From: Octopus sinensis
Taxonomy: Eukaryota
Length of the DNA: 64,000 nucleotides
Assembly (NCBI RefSeq): GCF_006345805.1
Contig: NC_043011.1
Coordinates: 4,774,001-4,838,000, forward strand
Direction: 5' to 3'
Shown: in pieces, positions 10,396 to 24,137 of the stretch
Numbering within the stretch: position 1 is the first letter of the stretch
Layout: every line of letters starts with the position of its first letter
The notes under the pieces: model-generated
Seen by the model: the letters and a program-made list of their open reading frames with translations, nothing else
Told to the model about the DNA's origin: nothing
Databases searched by the model: none
Made by a program: the position numbers and the translations under genes

Positions 10396-13300
10396 CGTGG
10401 CAACATGAACACCTGTTTCACCACGAATCGAAGACGAACTACGGTAAGAACTCTTCCCATTTGGTATGCAAACACCCCAATGCACACAACAGGAACAAAA
10501 AGCACAAACAAAATAGATATTGTTTTGAACAGACCATTAGCAGTAGAAATAACAGGAGATCATTTTCAAGACCTCAACAGAGATTACCCACAAGAAACTG
10601 GACAAAAAACGATCTAGATCTAGAAGTAAACCCAGATCATTTCTCCAGGTGGTTAAAAACAATGCTAACAAGAAATTGAAAAGTAGCATACATAATAATA
10701 CCAAACAAGACAGAAAACATAACGAAACCAAGTAAAGTACCACAACCAAAACGCAAAATTCATCAAGCAAACATCAACAGGAATATAAATCATAACCAGA
10801 AAAAAATCCATTTTTTTACGTCAGGACAACAAACACCGGAGAAAGAAAAAATCCAAGAGGAAACATACCCCAAACAACTGAACGTATAGATCCTAAAATA
10901 ATTAATTTATCAAAAAGAGATTTTGACAATGATGAAATCCAACTTCTGTCAAAAGGACTGAAATTCACACCTACACCAACAGCCAACCACCAAGAATTAA
11001 AGGAGATATCCAAAAATTCTGTCGAAAATTACGACTTGTAGAATTCTTCGCTAACAAAAGTAATGAGATTGATGAATCCCTAGTAAGGAATAAATCATAT
11101 TTCACCCCACCAAAAGGAAGAAATAACTACCTTGACCAATACATTGATATCCTGTCTAAATTTCCCCTTAGACGCAATACCAATGTTAGGCCAAACATTA
11201 GCAAATCAGAGATGTCTGCATGTAAACGTATAAAAAACGATCAAACAATAATAATTAAACAAGCAGATAAAGGTGGTGCAATTGTTATTATGGATACCGA
11301 ATACTATAAGGATTTGGTTGAAGACCAACTGAAGGATACAACCTTCTATTGTGAAATACCCGCAAATATAGACCACCACATCATGAAAAAGATCAACAAC
11401 CTGATTTCAACACACCACAACTCACTTACGGATAATGAAAAAGACTACATCACAAATTTTGAACCAAAACCCAGCAACTTCTACGGCTTACCAAAAATAC
11501 ACAAATCAAAAAACATTCAACAGGCAGTAAAAGAACAAGAAAGTGAGTACATAAAATTATTACATCCAAAAGACCTAAAACTTAGACCTATTTAGCTGGT
11601 CCAGCATGCCCTACACACCGTCTAAGCAATTTTATTGACATTGTTTTGAAACCACTATGTACTTACATACCAAGTTTCATCAGGGATGACATCGACTTCC
11701 TGTCCCATCTTCCCAAAACAACAAGAAACAAATTCAGTTTTACTAAGTTTTGATGTGGTAAGCCTCTACACCAATATTCCACACGATTTAGGAATAAAGG
11801 CGATTAAATACTGGTTAGAAAAACATAGAGAAGTGATTCCCAGCAGATTCACAGTGCCATTTATATTAGACACAGTCAAGCTTATTCTAGAAAATAACAC
11901 ATTCTTCTTCAATGGAAAGAATTACATCCAAATTAGAGGCACGGCGATGGGAACGAGGTTTGCTCCGTTTACGCCAACTCTGTAATGGGATACTTAGAAG
12001 AACAACTCTACCAAGAGGTGGAGGTAAACTATAGCACTGGGTTTAGAAAGTATATTGAAAAGGCATGGAAGAGATACCTAGACGACTGTTTCATAATCTG
12101 GACAGAATCTCTAAATACTCTGGAAGAGTTCAATATCCTCCTGAAAACCTACACCCATCTCTCCAATTTACAAAGGAGATGAGTAATACAAATTACCATT
12201 CCTGGATATAATGGTAATTAAAAAAGACACCACCATCACCACAGATATATACTATAAACACACAGACACACATCAATACCTAAATTTTAAGTCGTGCCAT
12301 CCACCACATACAAAAAAACGTAACATCCCATACTGCCTAGCCAGAAGAATTTGTACTATTGTAGAAGATGCAAATATCAGGAACAAACGCCTAATAGAAC
12401 TAAGAGAATTTTTGCTCAAACAAAAATACCCATCTCTACTTATAGAAAATGGCATACAGCGGGCTATAAAAATACCTATACAACAACTTAGGACAACCCA
12501 AGGAAGAGGAAAACAAGAACAAGTCATACCATCATAGTGACACACAACCCATGTCACCAGAATATCTTCAACATTGCCAAAGCAAACCTACCAATCATTG
12601 CCCAAAGTAATGAATTAAAAGACATAATCACGGATCGAGCTATGGTGCTTAGTAAAAGACAGCCTAAAAACTTGAAAACATTACTAACAAAGGCAAAATT
12701 TGACCTCAGCAACAAAGACCAAACATTCACGGTATCTAAATGCAATGATAGCCGATGTGGCACATGCCAATTCATACATACCGGTCATATATAAACACAA
12801 AAACCGGGAAAATATTCACAAACGCGAATATGAACTGCAAAAGCAGAAATTAATTTACTGCATCAAATGCCCAAATTGTGAAGAATATATGTAGGTCAGA
12901 CGGGAAACGCACTATTAGAACGCTCACGTGTACACCGGCAACAGATTAGAGACCCAGAGGTCCGTCAAATACCTTTGAGTAACCACCTAGCAACATGTGG
13001 TCGGAAAAAAATATATAATATTTCCATTCTACAAATTACACAGCCCAAGTGAAATCGAGAGGAAAATCAGAGAAAAGAATTTTATTGATAAATTCGAACC
13101 CAAGCTAAATAAGCAATAATAATAATAATAATACTTAGAGGTATTACTTCCACTGCTACGACCATGACCACTAACAACAACAACAATACTAAAGGTGATC
13201 AAGACGAAGATAGCAGGAAAATTATCTTTTTAGGGTTAAAAGTTCTATTGCCACCACCATCACCACTAGCAACAATAATTAAGGTGCTGACAATGATGAT

Positions 13301-13797
13301 GATGACAATTGAAATATAAAAATATAAAAATCTCTGACAAAGGATATTTACAACATTTCTAAAAATAACCCAACAATTGCTGCTTCGGCCAGGGTCAAGA
13401 TACAGGACTCTTGACATGTCCAACAAAGCGTGATGCCTAAACCAATCAGCTCAACCAACCAATCAGCTTAAGTAATTGAGTGATACTACACACTGATTGG
13501 TCAGAATACAGTTTGCAAAACCTAGCACTCTGGAGCCTACCCAGCTGTATTTATAGCACAGAATCAATCATCTTGCTACAGTCAAAAATGTGAAGCATGA
13601 CTGTCAACACTACTACATGAACCCGAAGATTGCAGAATTCAATGCATGAAAGTACTAGTTCAATCAGAATGAATATTTAACATTCTACTATTTCATTTTA
13701 TTTTATTCAATTATAATATATTATCTTATGATATATCATTATAAGATTGTAAATAAAACGTGAAAACAGACAAGGTTGGAATTCTTTTTATTAATAT
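10396..13797 (+). mobile_element. Penelope-like element (Neptune-like), right arm of palindrome
   Basis: Near-exact reverse complement of 6991-10378; ORF pieces 11212-11595, 11686-11985, 11985-12182, 12211-12537, 12537-12794; ends EKNFIDKFEPKLNKQ* at 13119. Confidence 0.95.
13440..13556 (+). promoter_or_regulatory. Putative Pol II promoter in the PLE 3' region (CCAAT x3 + TATA-like)
   Basis: CCAAT at 13442 and 13459, ATTGG at 13496, TATTTATA at 13548-13555; mirrored at 7229-7342. Confidence 0.45.
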
Positions 13798-13824
13798 ATT
13801 CTTCTATACACAATCACACACACC

Positions 13825-13849
<25 letters not shown>

Positions 13850-13857
<8 letters not shown>

Positions 13858-14058
13858 TTGTGTGTTTGTGTTTGTCTCCCTAGCATTGCTTGACAACCGA
13901 TGCTGGTGTGTTTACGTCCCCGAAACTTAGCGGTTCGGCAAAAGAGACCGATAGAATAAGTACTGGGCTTACAAAGAATAAGTCCCGGGGTCGATTTGCT
14001 CGACTAAAGGCGGTGCTCCAGCATGGCCGCAGTCAAATGACTGAAACAAGTAAAAGAG
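13850..14058 (+). mobile_element. SINE family A, 3' half
   Basis: tttgtctccctagcattgcttgacaaccgatgctgg...gactgaaacaagtaaaagag; continues the 5' half at 6803 in the same orientation. Confidence 0.9.
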
Positions 14059-14882
14059 TCGATGTCACTCTTCTTTAACTGCAACAACAGCAGCTACAGC
14101 GAGGCAATAGGTTAGCCCTTACAGGATCGCTTTACCACATACTAGAAACAGCAGCTAGATTTCCTTCAATTTACACACTACCGTCTTGAAAAAGAAGGAC
14201 AGATTGGACAAAGTAGTGCTTTGTATGCAAATAAGCGAGATAACCAGGGTCGGAAAGGGCTTTGATAGCAGGTTTATTCAATCAAGGTTGAACTTGAAAT
14301 TAAGTAAGAGCAACAGCAAGCAAATGCTAGCAGACGATAGCGGGCTAAAAGTAGCATTTAATCTATGCTAACGAATGTGTAACCCCTACATATTCAAGGT
14401 TTCAGATAATATGTTGCCCTTTCAGATTATTGTTACCTGATAAACATCCTCCTCTAGACATTTTAGTGTTTCTTTCAACAGACATTCTGATAATACGATA
14501 CTTTTGTTTGTCGATGATACCGTTCGCTGTGCATATGAGTATGTTTTTTTTAATGAGGGTTATATCATATGAAATAACATTATAGTAAGTAAATAGATAC
14601 GCGTGCTATACGACAGATATACTTAAACACACATATATGATATGTGTGTGTATGTGTGTGTGTGTGTATGTGTGTGTGTGTATATATTTGTGTATGTGTG
14701 TGCGCGTGTAGTGGCGCGAAAACGCTGTCGTAAAGGCAGTGTATTTAGCATTAACATTTGGTTTTGCATATGGTGCATATATATGTGTGTGTGTGTGTGT
14801 GTGTATACATGCATATATATACATATATATGTATATTATATTTATATTCTTTGCGCTTGTATATATGCTTATATATAATATT

Positions 14883-14954
<72 letters not shown>

Positions 14955-14994
14955 ATATATTTATACATATGGTGTTGGGGTGGGGGTGTATGTG

Positions 14995-15410
14995 TTGCAG
15001 GAGTAGCCGTGTGGTAAGAAACTTGCTTCCCAAAGAGGCGGTGTGCTGGCAGAAACGTTAGCACGCCGGGCGAAATGCTTTACGGTAGTTCGTCTGCCGC
15101 TACGTTCTAAGTTCAAATTCCGCCGAGGTCGACTTTGCCTTTCATTCTTTCGTGGTCGATTAAATAAGTATCAGTTACGTATTGGCATCGATATAATCGA
15201 CTTAATCCCTTTGTCTGTCCTTGTTTGTCCCCTCTGCGTTTAGCCCCTTGTGGGCAATAAAGAAATAAGAAGCTTGCTTCCCAACCACATGGTTCCAGGT
15301 TCTGTCTCCCTGCGTAGCACCTTCTACTATAGCCTCGAGCCGAACAGAGCCCGTCGTATATATATATTATATATATATATATATATTATATATATATATA
15401 TGTGTGTGTG

Positions 15411-15453
<43 letters not shown>

Positions 15454-15665
15454 CGTGCATGCGTGCGTGCGTGTGTGTGTGTGTGTGTGTATTATGTATT
15501 TGTATGTCTGTGTTTGTGCCCCCACCATCGCTTGACAACCGATGTTGGTGTGTTTACGCCCCCGTAACTTAGCAGTTCAGCAAAAAGGACCGATAAAATA
15601 AGCACTAGGCTTACAAAGAATAAGTCCTGAGGCGGCAGTCAAATGACTGAAATAAGTAAAAGAGT
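14995..15665 (+). mobile_element. SINE family A with a nested family B SINE
   Basis: Family B copy 15034-15265 is flanked by a 19-bp TSD taagaa(a/g)cttgcttcccaa (15015-15033 and 15266-15284). Confidence 0.85.
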
Positions 15666-16215
15666 AAAAGAGTATGTTTATATAATATTTAAAGTTCGGA
15701 TACCATATACTTAAAAAAAAAATATTCAAGTATTAGCAATAGGAAAAATTTTGTCTAAATTAGGTACAAGACCAGTAATTAGCAGTGAGGATCCAGTTGA
15801 ATAGATCGACCCCAGTATGTATCTGGTAGTTTATTTCATCGACCCGGAAGGATGAAAAGAAAAGCTCCCCTCCATACTTGAAAACGAAGACAGAATAAAA
15901 CACCTACAGGGAAAATGTTACGCTTGCGGTGCCCAGTTGTATGAATATATGAGTATCAAGTTAAAATAGCCACTTTTACATCATATTTCATGTAAATACA
16001 TCGCTGAGAGGCGATCGACTACAGTATTCGTTCAGGGGTAATATCTCTTCTGGACGTGCTTTGTTTAAAAACAGAACATATATATTGGAAGATGACGAAA
16101 ATCATCCCAGTAACGTCAAGCTAGAATGCCAGATACGTTTCAACCCCGTTGAACTTCGTCAGTGCCATGTGTGCACAGCTAACTGGATGCATGTATTTAC
16201 ATTAAGTAATATCCC

Positions 16216-16447
16216 ATTTCTTTATTACCCACAAGGGGCTAAACATAGAAGGGACAAACAAGGACAGACATAGGTATTAAGTCGATTACATCGACCCCAG
16301 TGCGTAACTGGTACTTAATTTATCGACCCCGAAAGGATGAAAGGTAAAGTCGACCTCGATGGAATTTGAACTCAGAACGTAACGGCAGACGAAATGCCGC
16401 TAAGCATTTCGCCCGGCGTGCTAACGTTTCTGCCAGCTCGCCGCCTT
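16216..16447 (-). mobile_element. SINE family B, full length
   Basis: Matches the other family B copies. Confidence 0.85.
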
Positions 16448-16857
16448 ACATTAAGTAGTATCCATACATGGCTATCTTAATTTAATCCATATGACGGATT
16501 TTAATTCAGCCGGGTAACATCAGGGGATGTTTATTCACAGTTTCCTAAATATCCGAGGCCGACAAATCTCGTCTAAGTATGCGACTGGCCGTGACTAAAT
16601 GCCATCCATAAAGCCAGCGAGACCAAAATGCATCTGGCGTCCATGCTTGCCGCTATCTGGAGGACTTTCGTCTCCTTCCGTTATATATTATTTTTAAACG
16701 TCTCTGGACGAATGCCACAGTAGATTGCCTTTCAGTGACGATTTCACGTTGAGTATGATACATAGAAGGGTACTTCAATTTAGTAAATGTTCCTTTTGCA
16801 TAGGATATTAAGTAATGGGACGCAACACACACTGAAATTGTATTAACAATCAAGTCT

Positions 16858-17015
16858 TTTATACATACATACATACATACATACATACATACATACATAC
16901 ATACATACATACATACACACACACATACATACATACATACATACATACATACACACATACACACACACACATATATATATATATATATTATATATATATA
17001 TATATATATGTATAC

Positions 17016-17064
<49 letters not shown>

Positions 17065-17996
17065 CATATATACATATATATGTATATCTATTTATATATA
17101 TGTATACATTTATATATATATATATGTATATACATATATACATATATATATGTATATATTTATATATATATGTATACATTTATATATATATACATACTTA
17201 TACATATGCACACATACACACTCATATACATATTCATATATACATACATACGTACATAAATACATGTATAAATATATATATATACAGTCAGACATATACA
17301 CTGATAGGGTACGTAAGAAGAAATGGTATACATTAAACCCACTTCCATATACATACACAGACGTACATGTATAAGTATTCATGGATCTACATACATACAT
17401 ACATACATACATGCATTCATAGATACATTGCTACACATATACATATATGCATGTACATATGTGTGGGTGATTGTGCGCGTTTGTGTGTGTGTGTGTGTTG
17501 TGTGTGTGTGTGTGTTGTGTGTGTGTGTGTGTTGTGTGTGTGTGTGTGTGTGCGTGTATCTCTTTACACCTTTGTGCACTTGTATTCCCCGATTTACATG
17601 CCTTAGCGAACATAGTAATAGATAGGTATATATGCAGACGTATATTCTTACACCATTTTATGGGCAATAAAAGTGAAATATGCACCCACCACACCACACA
17701 CTCCACATACACACAACGTTCCACAGACACACACACACGCACATATGGTATACCGAGACTTGCAGATGCATGCATACCTACACATTCCAAGACGAATAAT
17801 AGCTTGGATATGTATGCATACACATATCTACATTTGCAGTAACACACACACATGTACTGTGATGCTCATACATACATACATACATACATACGTACGTACG
17901 TACGCACATACATACATACATACATACATACATACATACGTACGTACGTACGCACATACATACGTACGTACGTACGCACATACATACATACATACA

Positions 17997-18028
<32 letters not shown>

Positions 18029-18030
18029 CA
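16858..18030. repeat. Compound (CATA)n/(TA)n/(TG)n microsatellite block
   Basis: Direct reading. Confidence 0.9.
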
Positions 18031-18104
18031 TTCAAGCACTCTTTCGCGCATGTCAACGTGAACATACCTGCACATTCTTGCTCACAACATCATAAGCGGA
18101 AAGT

Positions 18105-18420
18105 GTAACCCCTCGAAAGAGCTGTTCTTCACTCCTGCTCCAGAGCGTCGGCTGCGGGGTCACTCCGAAAAGCTCTATCTGCTACGATTTCATCTCAATC
18201 GAAGGAGAAGGGCTTTCTCCGTCCGGGTTGCGGATCCGTGGAATAAGCTGCCGGACGAGATAGTGAAGATGCCGACGACCGCTCGACCAGAAATGCCGAC
18301 GACCGACGACCAGAAATGTCCTGAACTCTTTGCATGAACACCCTCCCTGTACATAACTCCATGTCCCCCTACATGGCCTTGCTTTTTGCTTTTTTAGCCA
18401 AAAAATTAACTTTAACTTTA
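18105..18420 (+). mobile_element. CR1-type LINE, 3'-terminal fragment
   Basis: Reads RLRGHSEKLYLLRFHLNRRRRAFSVRVADPWNKLPDEIV, matching the CR1 C-terminal RGH..KL...FS.RV...WN.LP pattern. Confidence 0.75.
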
Positions 18421-18534
18421 TATATGTTACTGCTTTTTTAAGAAGCATGCATACATAAAAACATAGATGCATACATACATTCACACACACACATACTTAC
18501 ATTCAAACATACATATATAATATATCTATATACA

Positions 18535-19210
18535 TACGAGGTCTGATCAATAAGTATCGGGACTGTTGCCATAGTAACGAAACTGAAGTATGCAGAGTAA
18601 AGCCGCTTGGCACAAATTGACCTTGACCTCTGCTGTGTATGTGCATTACGCTTTAACGTTCCAGCTTACTTGTGCTGTTTACAGCAGTGCTTGGAAAGAA
18701 GGTGTGTAGCGTGTGATCGTCGCATTGACCATGAAAGAAAAAGTTGTCATGGTGATACCTACTCAGAGGCCTACGCAAAGTCGCAGAAAGTGTATGGAGA
18801 GGAGTGTATGGGCCGCACATGAGTGTACGAGTAGTTCAGACGTTTCCAAGATGGCCGAAAAATGTCGATAGCAACGAACGTTCCGGGAGACCTGCAACCA
18901 GTAGAACTGAGAAAAACATCGCAGATGTGCGTGCGATGGGATGGGAACTCATCGAATCACCATCAGTGAGTTATCAGAGGATGTGCAGATTAGTTACAGT
19001 TCAGTCTATTATCACTGAAGATTTGGGTATGAGACGCATGTCTGCCAAGTTTGTGCCAAAACTGCTTTCAGCTGACCAAAAAGACACTCCGGTTTCAGTT
19101 GCACAAAACCCCCTTGATTGTGTCGAGAAACATGAAAAGTTTTTTTAAACTTTGCGTAGGCCTCTGAACAAGTATCGCCAAGCTTTTGGCAAAATTTGAT
19201 GCAAATTCTC
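18535..19210 (+). mobile_element. Mariner (Tc1/mariner) remnant: left TIR + N-terminal transposase
   Basis: TA|cgaggtctgatcaataagt TIR; frameshifted ...DSNERSGRPATSRTEKNI...ITEDLGMRRMSAKFVPKLLSADQK (WVPHEL-equivalent motif). Confidence 0.85.
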
Positions 19211-19400
19211 TGGAATATTGAAGAATTGATGAATTACCTTGTTCGTTATAAACTGATGAATTGCCTTGCTTTTTTAAAGTTTCTTATTAAAATAGTAGTA
19301 CAGTCGCTTGCTTGTTTTATTTATTTTTTAAAGGTTTATATAGTTGTCCTCAAGGCGGTGAAGATTTTTTTTAAACCGACTAAAAGTCCGCCCATAGAAG

Positions 19401-20000
19401 ATGGAGCTTGTGAAGAGTAACAAAGGAAATGTGAAATTATTTCATGAGGGATATGTTTACGAAAAGCAGAAAGATTTGGAAAATGGTGTGGTATCTTACG
19501 AATGTGAACGACGGAGGTCTAAGGCGTCATGTAAACGAAAGGTAGAAATGTGGCAAGGTGAGATTATCGAACAATTACACAGTCACACACATGAACCAAA
19601 TACACTGAAGTGTGAAGCTGCAAAAGTGTTTCAAGAAATTTAAAAAAACCTTCAACAGAAACTGAAGAGGCTACAGGACAAATCATTGCCGAAGTTTGTA
19701 CGTCTATATCGGAAGAGATAGCTACAGAACTACCTTTCTTCCATATCCTTCGACTAGATGTAAGACGCTGTAAACACAAGAAAAGAAATCATTTGCCGTT
19801 GTCATCGTGTGCTCAAGATCTTATTATACCTGAAAACTGTGTAAAAAACAGCCAATGGGGAAAATCTTTTGTTACATGAATCAACGTTTGACGGTAAGAG
19901 GATTTTGATATTTGGAAGGGCTAAAAGCATAGAATTTCTAAAAAATCTCTCCTTGTCGGTGCTTTGATGGAACATTTCGAGTAGCTCCTGAATTTTGTTT
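19401..20000 (+). pseudogene. MULE (Mutator-like) transposase remnant with FLYWCH zinc finger
   Basis: MELVKSNKGNVKLFHEGYVY...YECERRRSKASC...HSHTH (FLYWCH-like); later frames give RILIFG...FDGTFRVAPE..QLYT; truncated near 20000. Confidence 0.8.
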
Positions 20001-20548
20001 AGCCAGTTGTATACGAATCACACTTCTCTCACATATTCCATCCTTACATTCTTATGTCTTCTTTCTATCGCTCCCCCTATTTTTTTTATCTTTATAGATC
20101 TCCTCTCCCATCCTCCTCACAATATCTTGACCATCATCTAGCACTGCTTTTTTCATTTTTCTTATATCCTTTTGACTAATACCATTCTCCTACTAGCATA
20201 CATATCTATTCTCACCTCTCACTGTGCTTACCCCTACCAGTACGTTCTCAAAATTTCATTCACATCACAATGTTTGAATGAGCAGCACATGTCTGAATGA
20301 ACAACACATGGAATTTATCTATCCACTCTATCCACTTATAATAACAAAATATGAACTCCTATCGGAATTCTACCCATTCTACACAGCATTTTTCTTGGAC
20401 AATAGGACTGCAACTGTAACATCCTATATATATTTTTACCTTTATTTCTTTTCTCCTATTTCCCTTTATACTTCCTTTATCCACCCTTTTCCAAAATAAC
20501 TCTTTATATTGAACTCTACTATTTCCCTCTTGTTAACTCTCTCATATC

Positions 20549-20596
20549 GTCTCTGATGAAGGGATATCCCTAACATCCCAGAAGCGGCTGTAAGAC
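20549..20596 (+). ncRNA. Degenerate type I hammerhead motif in a CT-rich insertion
   Basis: gtct-CTGATGA-a-gggat...atccc-a-GAAG-c-ggct-GTA-agac; helix I gtct/agac, core A15.1 mutated to G. Confidence 0.55.
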
Positions 20597-20744
20597 TAAC
20601 TTCCTCTTTATAAATGTCCTATAAATTCCACACAGCGTCGGCTTTGTTGCCTCATTTTATTTAACACACACACACACACATGCACACACACATATTTATT
20701 TATATAATGTATATATATATATTTATATATATAGATATATATAT

Positions 20745-20895
20745 GTTCTTTTACATGTTTCAGTCATTTCACTGCGGCCATGCTGGAGCACCACCTTTAG
20801 TCGAATAAATCGACACTAGGACTTATTCTTTGTAATCCTAGTACTTATTCTATCGGGTTCTTTTGCTGAACCGCTAAGCTACGGGGACTTAAACA
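20745..20895 (-). mobile_element. SINE family A, 3' fragment
   Basis: tttcagtcatttcactgcggccatgctggagcacc tail. Confidence 0.8.
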
Positions 20896-20904
20896 TACCA
20901 AAAT

Positions 20905-22404
20905 GCAAAATAAACCAACTACCGCAGCTTGGCTAAACTCCCTTGGCCTGACTGCCTTGTCCCCCAGGCAAGACGAGTGCAAAAAGAAAGAGTTATTCCG
21001 TGGAGTACAAGAAAGGAATTGTGGAAGAGTCACATAACAAGAATCTTACGGCATTCTGTGAGGAGAAGATGTTGGATCTCCGAATGGTTCGAAAATGGCA
21101 AGCAGAGTATGATAATCTCAGCAGACAGGTGGATGAGGGAGTTGCTAAGAAGCGCAAATGCGGATCAAGTCGATAGCCGTTATTTTCAGAGCTGGAAGAT
21201 ATCACCTCGGGATGGATTCCTGACAGAAGAACAAAGGCTTCGGTTGTACGCAGGGCTAACATTAAAAAATTTGCTCTTGCAATGGCACCACAGTTGGATG
21301 TACCCCAAGAGATATTCAACGCATCACTTCATTGGTTGGATAACTTCCTTCGGCGATATGAGCTCTTTCGCTAAGAAGATCAATAACACTGTTCAATTTG
21401 GAGGATGCTGAAGTGATTCAACGTGCACTTGCATTCAAGTGCTTTGTTGATGACTTTTCCAAATACAATTTCTCCAATATAATTGCTATGGATGAGACTG
21501 CAGTATTTATGGGCCAATGATCTAAAACAACAATTGAACTGACAGATGCCTCGTCAATCTACGTTGCCTCAACGAGTTACGAAAGGGCAAGAGTTACTTG
21601 TATTTTAGTTTTAGCAATTCGTCTTAATGAAACAAAAGTCTTACCGCTTACCATCACAAAAGGCAGAAAAAGAAAAAAAAGAGAATGGAACGAGTTTCGG
21701 GCATTTATGTCCTTGAAACGGAAAAGGCTTGGTGCACACAAGCTGTTATAAGAAAACGGGTTGATTATTTTATGTGGTTCTCAAAGATGTCTTTTAGTCT
21801 GGGATTCAGCCAATACTCATCGTATAAAAGATATGAAAACCTTCCTTTCTGAAAGAAGAATTGAATACATAATGATTACAACGGGAATGACTTTATATCT
21901 ACAAACATTAGATCTTGTAACAAGCCCTTCAAAGATTATTTGCGGATAGAATGGAGAGAAATCAGCATGGAGACTTTGTCATACAACCTCCAAGAAGTCT
22001 TGAATTGGGTGAAGAATTCATGTAATAAAATTACTTACAGTTGCGTTGCCAATGCACTGCATTCAGGGTACTTGGACAAAAAGAGCTCATTTAAGGAAAG
22101 TTATATTGCCAAACATGAAAGATTGGGGTCCATGATCATACAGGAAATGGATTTGCAAGAAATTCAGTCTGAAGTCCTGGGTTTGATGATTTATGATGAT
22201 GCTCCAAAGGAGTACTTGACTAAAAATATTAAGCAAATAAATAAACTTTTGACAACTAAAAACACGGTTTTCCTTTTTACTGTTTTCTTTTCCTTTTCAT
22301 GGATTTTTCCGCAAAAATATGACATTCTCCGAAAATAAGCCCTAGTGCGTTTTTGGGATGCAAAATTAATATAAGACCGAGTCTTATTTTCAGGGAAACA
22401 CGCT
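20905..22404 (+). mobile_element. pogo/Tigger-like DNA transposon remnant
   Basis: Disrupted frames: ...FSELED...FNASLHWLDNFLRRY (CENP-B-type HTH), NIIAMDETAVF, RVTCIL, LQTLDL (DDE_1); right TIR agtcttattttcagggaaacacg. Confidence 0.85.
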
Positions 22405-22429
22405 ATAGATATATATTCATGTATATTCT

Positions 22430-22760
22430 TTTCATTGTTTCAGTCATTTAACTGCGGCCGTGCTGGAGCACCACCTTTAGTCGAACAGATCGACCCCAGG
22501 ATTTATTCGTTGTAAGCCTATTACTTATTTTATCAAGGTTTTTTGCAAACACACCAGCATTGGTTGTTAAGCGATGGTGGACACACACACACACATACGA
22601 CGGGCTTCTTTCAGCTTCCGTCTACCAAATCCATTCACAAGGCATTGGTCGGCCCGAGGTTATAGTAGGAAATATTGCCCAAGATGACACGCAGTGGGAC
22701 TGAACCTGAAACCATGTGGTTGGGAAGCAAGCTTCTTACCACACAGCCACGCCTGCACCA
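22430..22760 (-). mobile_element. SINE family A
   Basis: Family A head and tail on the minus strand. Confidence 0.85.
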
Positions 22761-22763
22761 ACA

Positions 22764-22807
<44 letters not shown>

Positions 22808-22961
22808 GTAAATCACTTATAAAATAAGGACAAAAGAAAAATTCTAATGCCAAATATGCCGAAAAAAAGACACAAAATTGTCAATATATATATATATGCG
22901 CTCACACACACACAGATGCACACATATATAGCCAAATAAGGAGAGAAAGAGAGAGAAAAAA

Positions 22962-23012
<51 letters not shown>

Positions 23013-23489
23013 GAGAGGCAGAGATTCTAATAACGCATTTAATGATGGTTGTTCGTGACTCCAAGAAAATGGTCGGAATCTAGTCATGCTATACGTAGTT
23101 TGTTCACTTGGAATATATTGCAGAACTCGTAGTGATACTTCCGTACTTGGTTTGTAAGGTCGTTGACACAGCCGCGTTTTATCGTAAATAGAGACACCAA
23201 ACATCCGCACATATGTATATATCCATACATACATTCATTAGCGTCTTTCCTGATATGCCGTGTAGATGCTTGAGGCTCGTTAAGCCGGTAAATAGTCAAG
23301 GAAGTATCAAAAGCCTATTTATGATATAGACGGGAAAATAGGAAGCAAGAATTAATTATAATAATTTTTCTACTATACACAACGATTCAGTAAAACGCTT
23401 GCAACGGACTTGAAATTACAAAATAATATCTTATACGTAGTCAAAATAACATAAGACCATTTCCATCTTGCACTGTATGTTTATATGTA

Positions 23490-23510
23490 TGTATGCATAT
23501 ATATATATAC

Positions 23511-23581
<71 letters not shown>

Positions 23582-23587
23582 TATATA

Positions 23588-23683
<96 letters not shown>

Positions 23684-23684
23684 C

Positions 23685-23758
<74 letters not shown>
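23490..23758. repeat. (TA)n-(GA)n-(GATA)n compound microsatellite
   Basis: Direct reading. Confidence 0.95.
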
Positions 23759-23759
<1 letters not shown>

Positions 23760-23869
23760 ATTTCCCCCGCTTTCCCGCTCGACAAACTAATACACCTGCT
23801 TGTTGTTCAGAGACCTGACTTCGTCTTTTGTTTATCTGTAAATTTCAACTATGTATATATTCTTTTATT

Positions 23870-24060
23870 CTTTCATTCTTTTACTTGTTTCAGTCAAATC
23901 GACCCCAGGACTTATTCTTTGTAAGCCTAGTACTTATCCCACCGGGCGTTTTTGCCGAACCGCTAGGGTACGGGGATGTAAACACACCAGCATCGGTTGT
24001 CAAGCGATGGTGGGAGGACAAACACGGACACACAAACACACACACATATATACATACATA
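23870..24060 (-). mobile_element. SINE family A, 3' half
   Basis: Tail and body up to the internal (TA)n, after which the PLE begins. Confidence 0.8.
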
Positions 24061-24067
24061 TATATAC

Positions 24068-24100
<33 letters not shown>

Positions 24101-24137
24101 CACGGCATCTAAAACTCAGAGTTTTATCTTGACTATC

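Noticed and set aside
10095-10679. Mirror-image 138-aa ORFs
   Set aside because: By-products of the palindrome centre.
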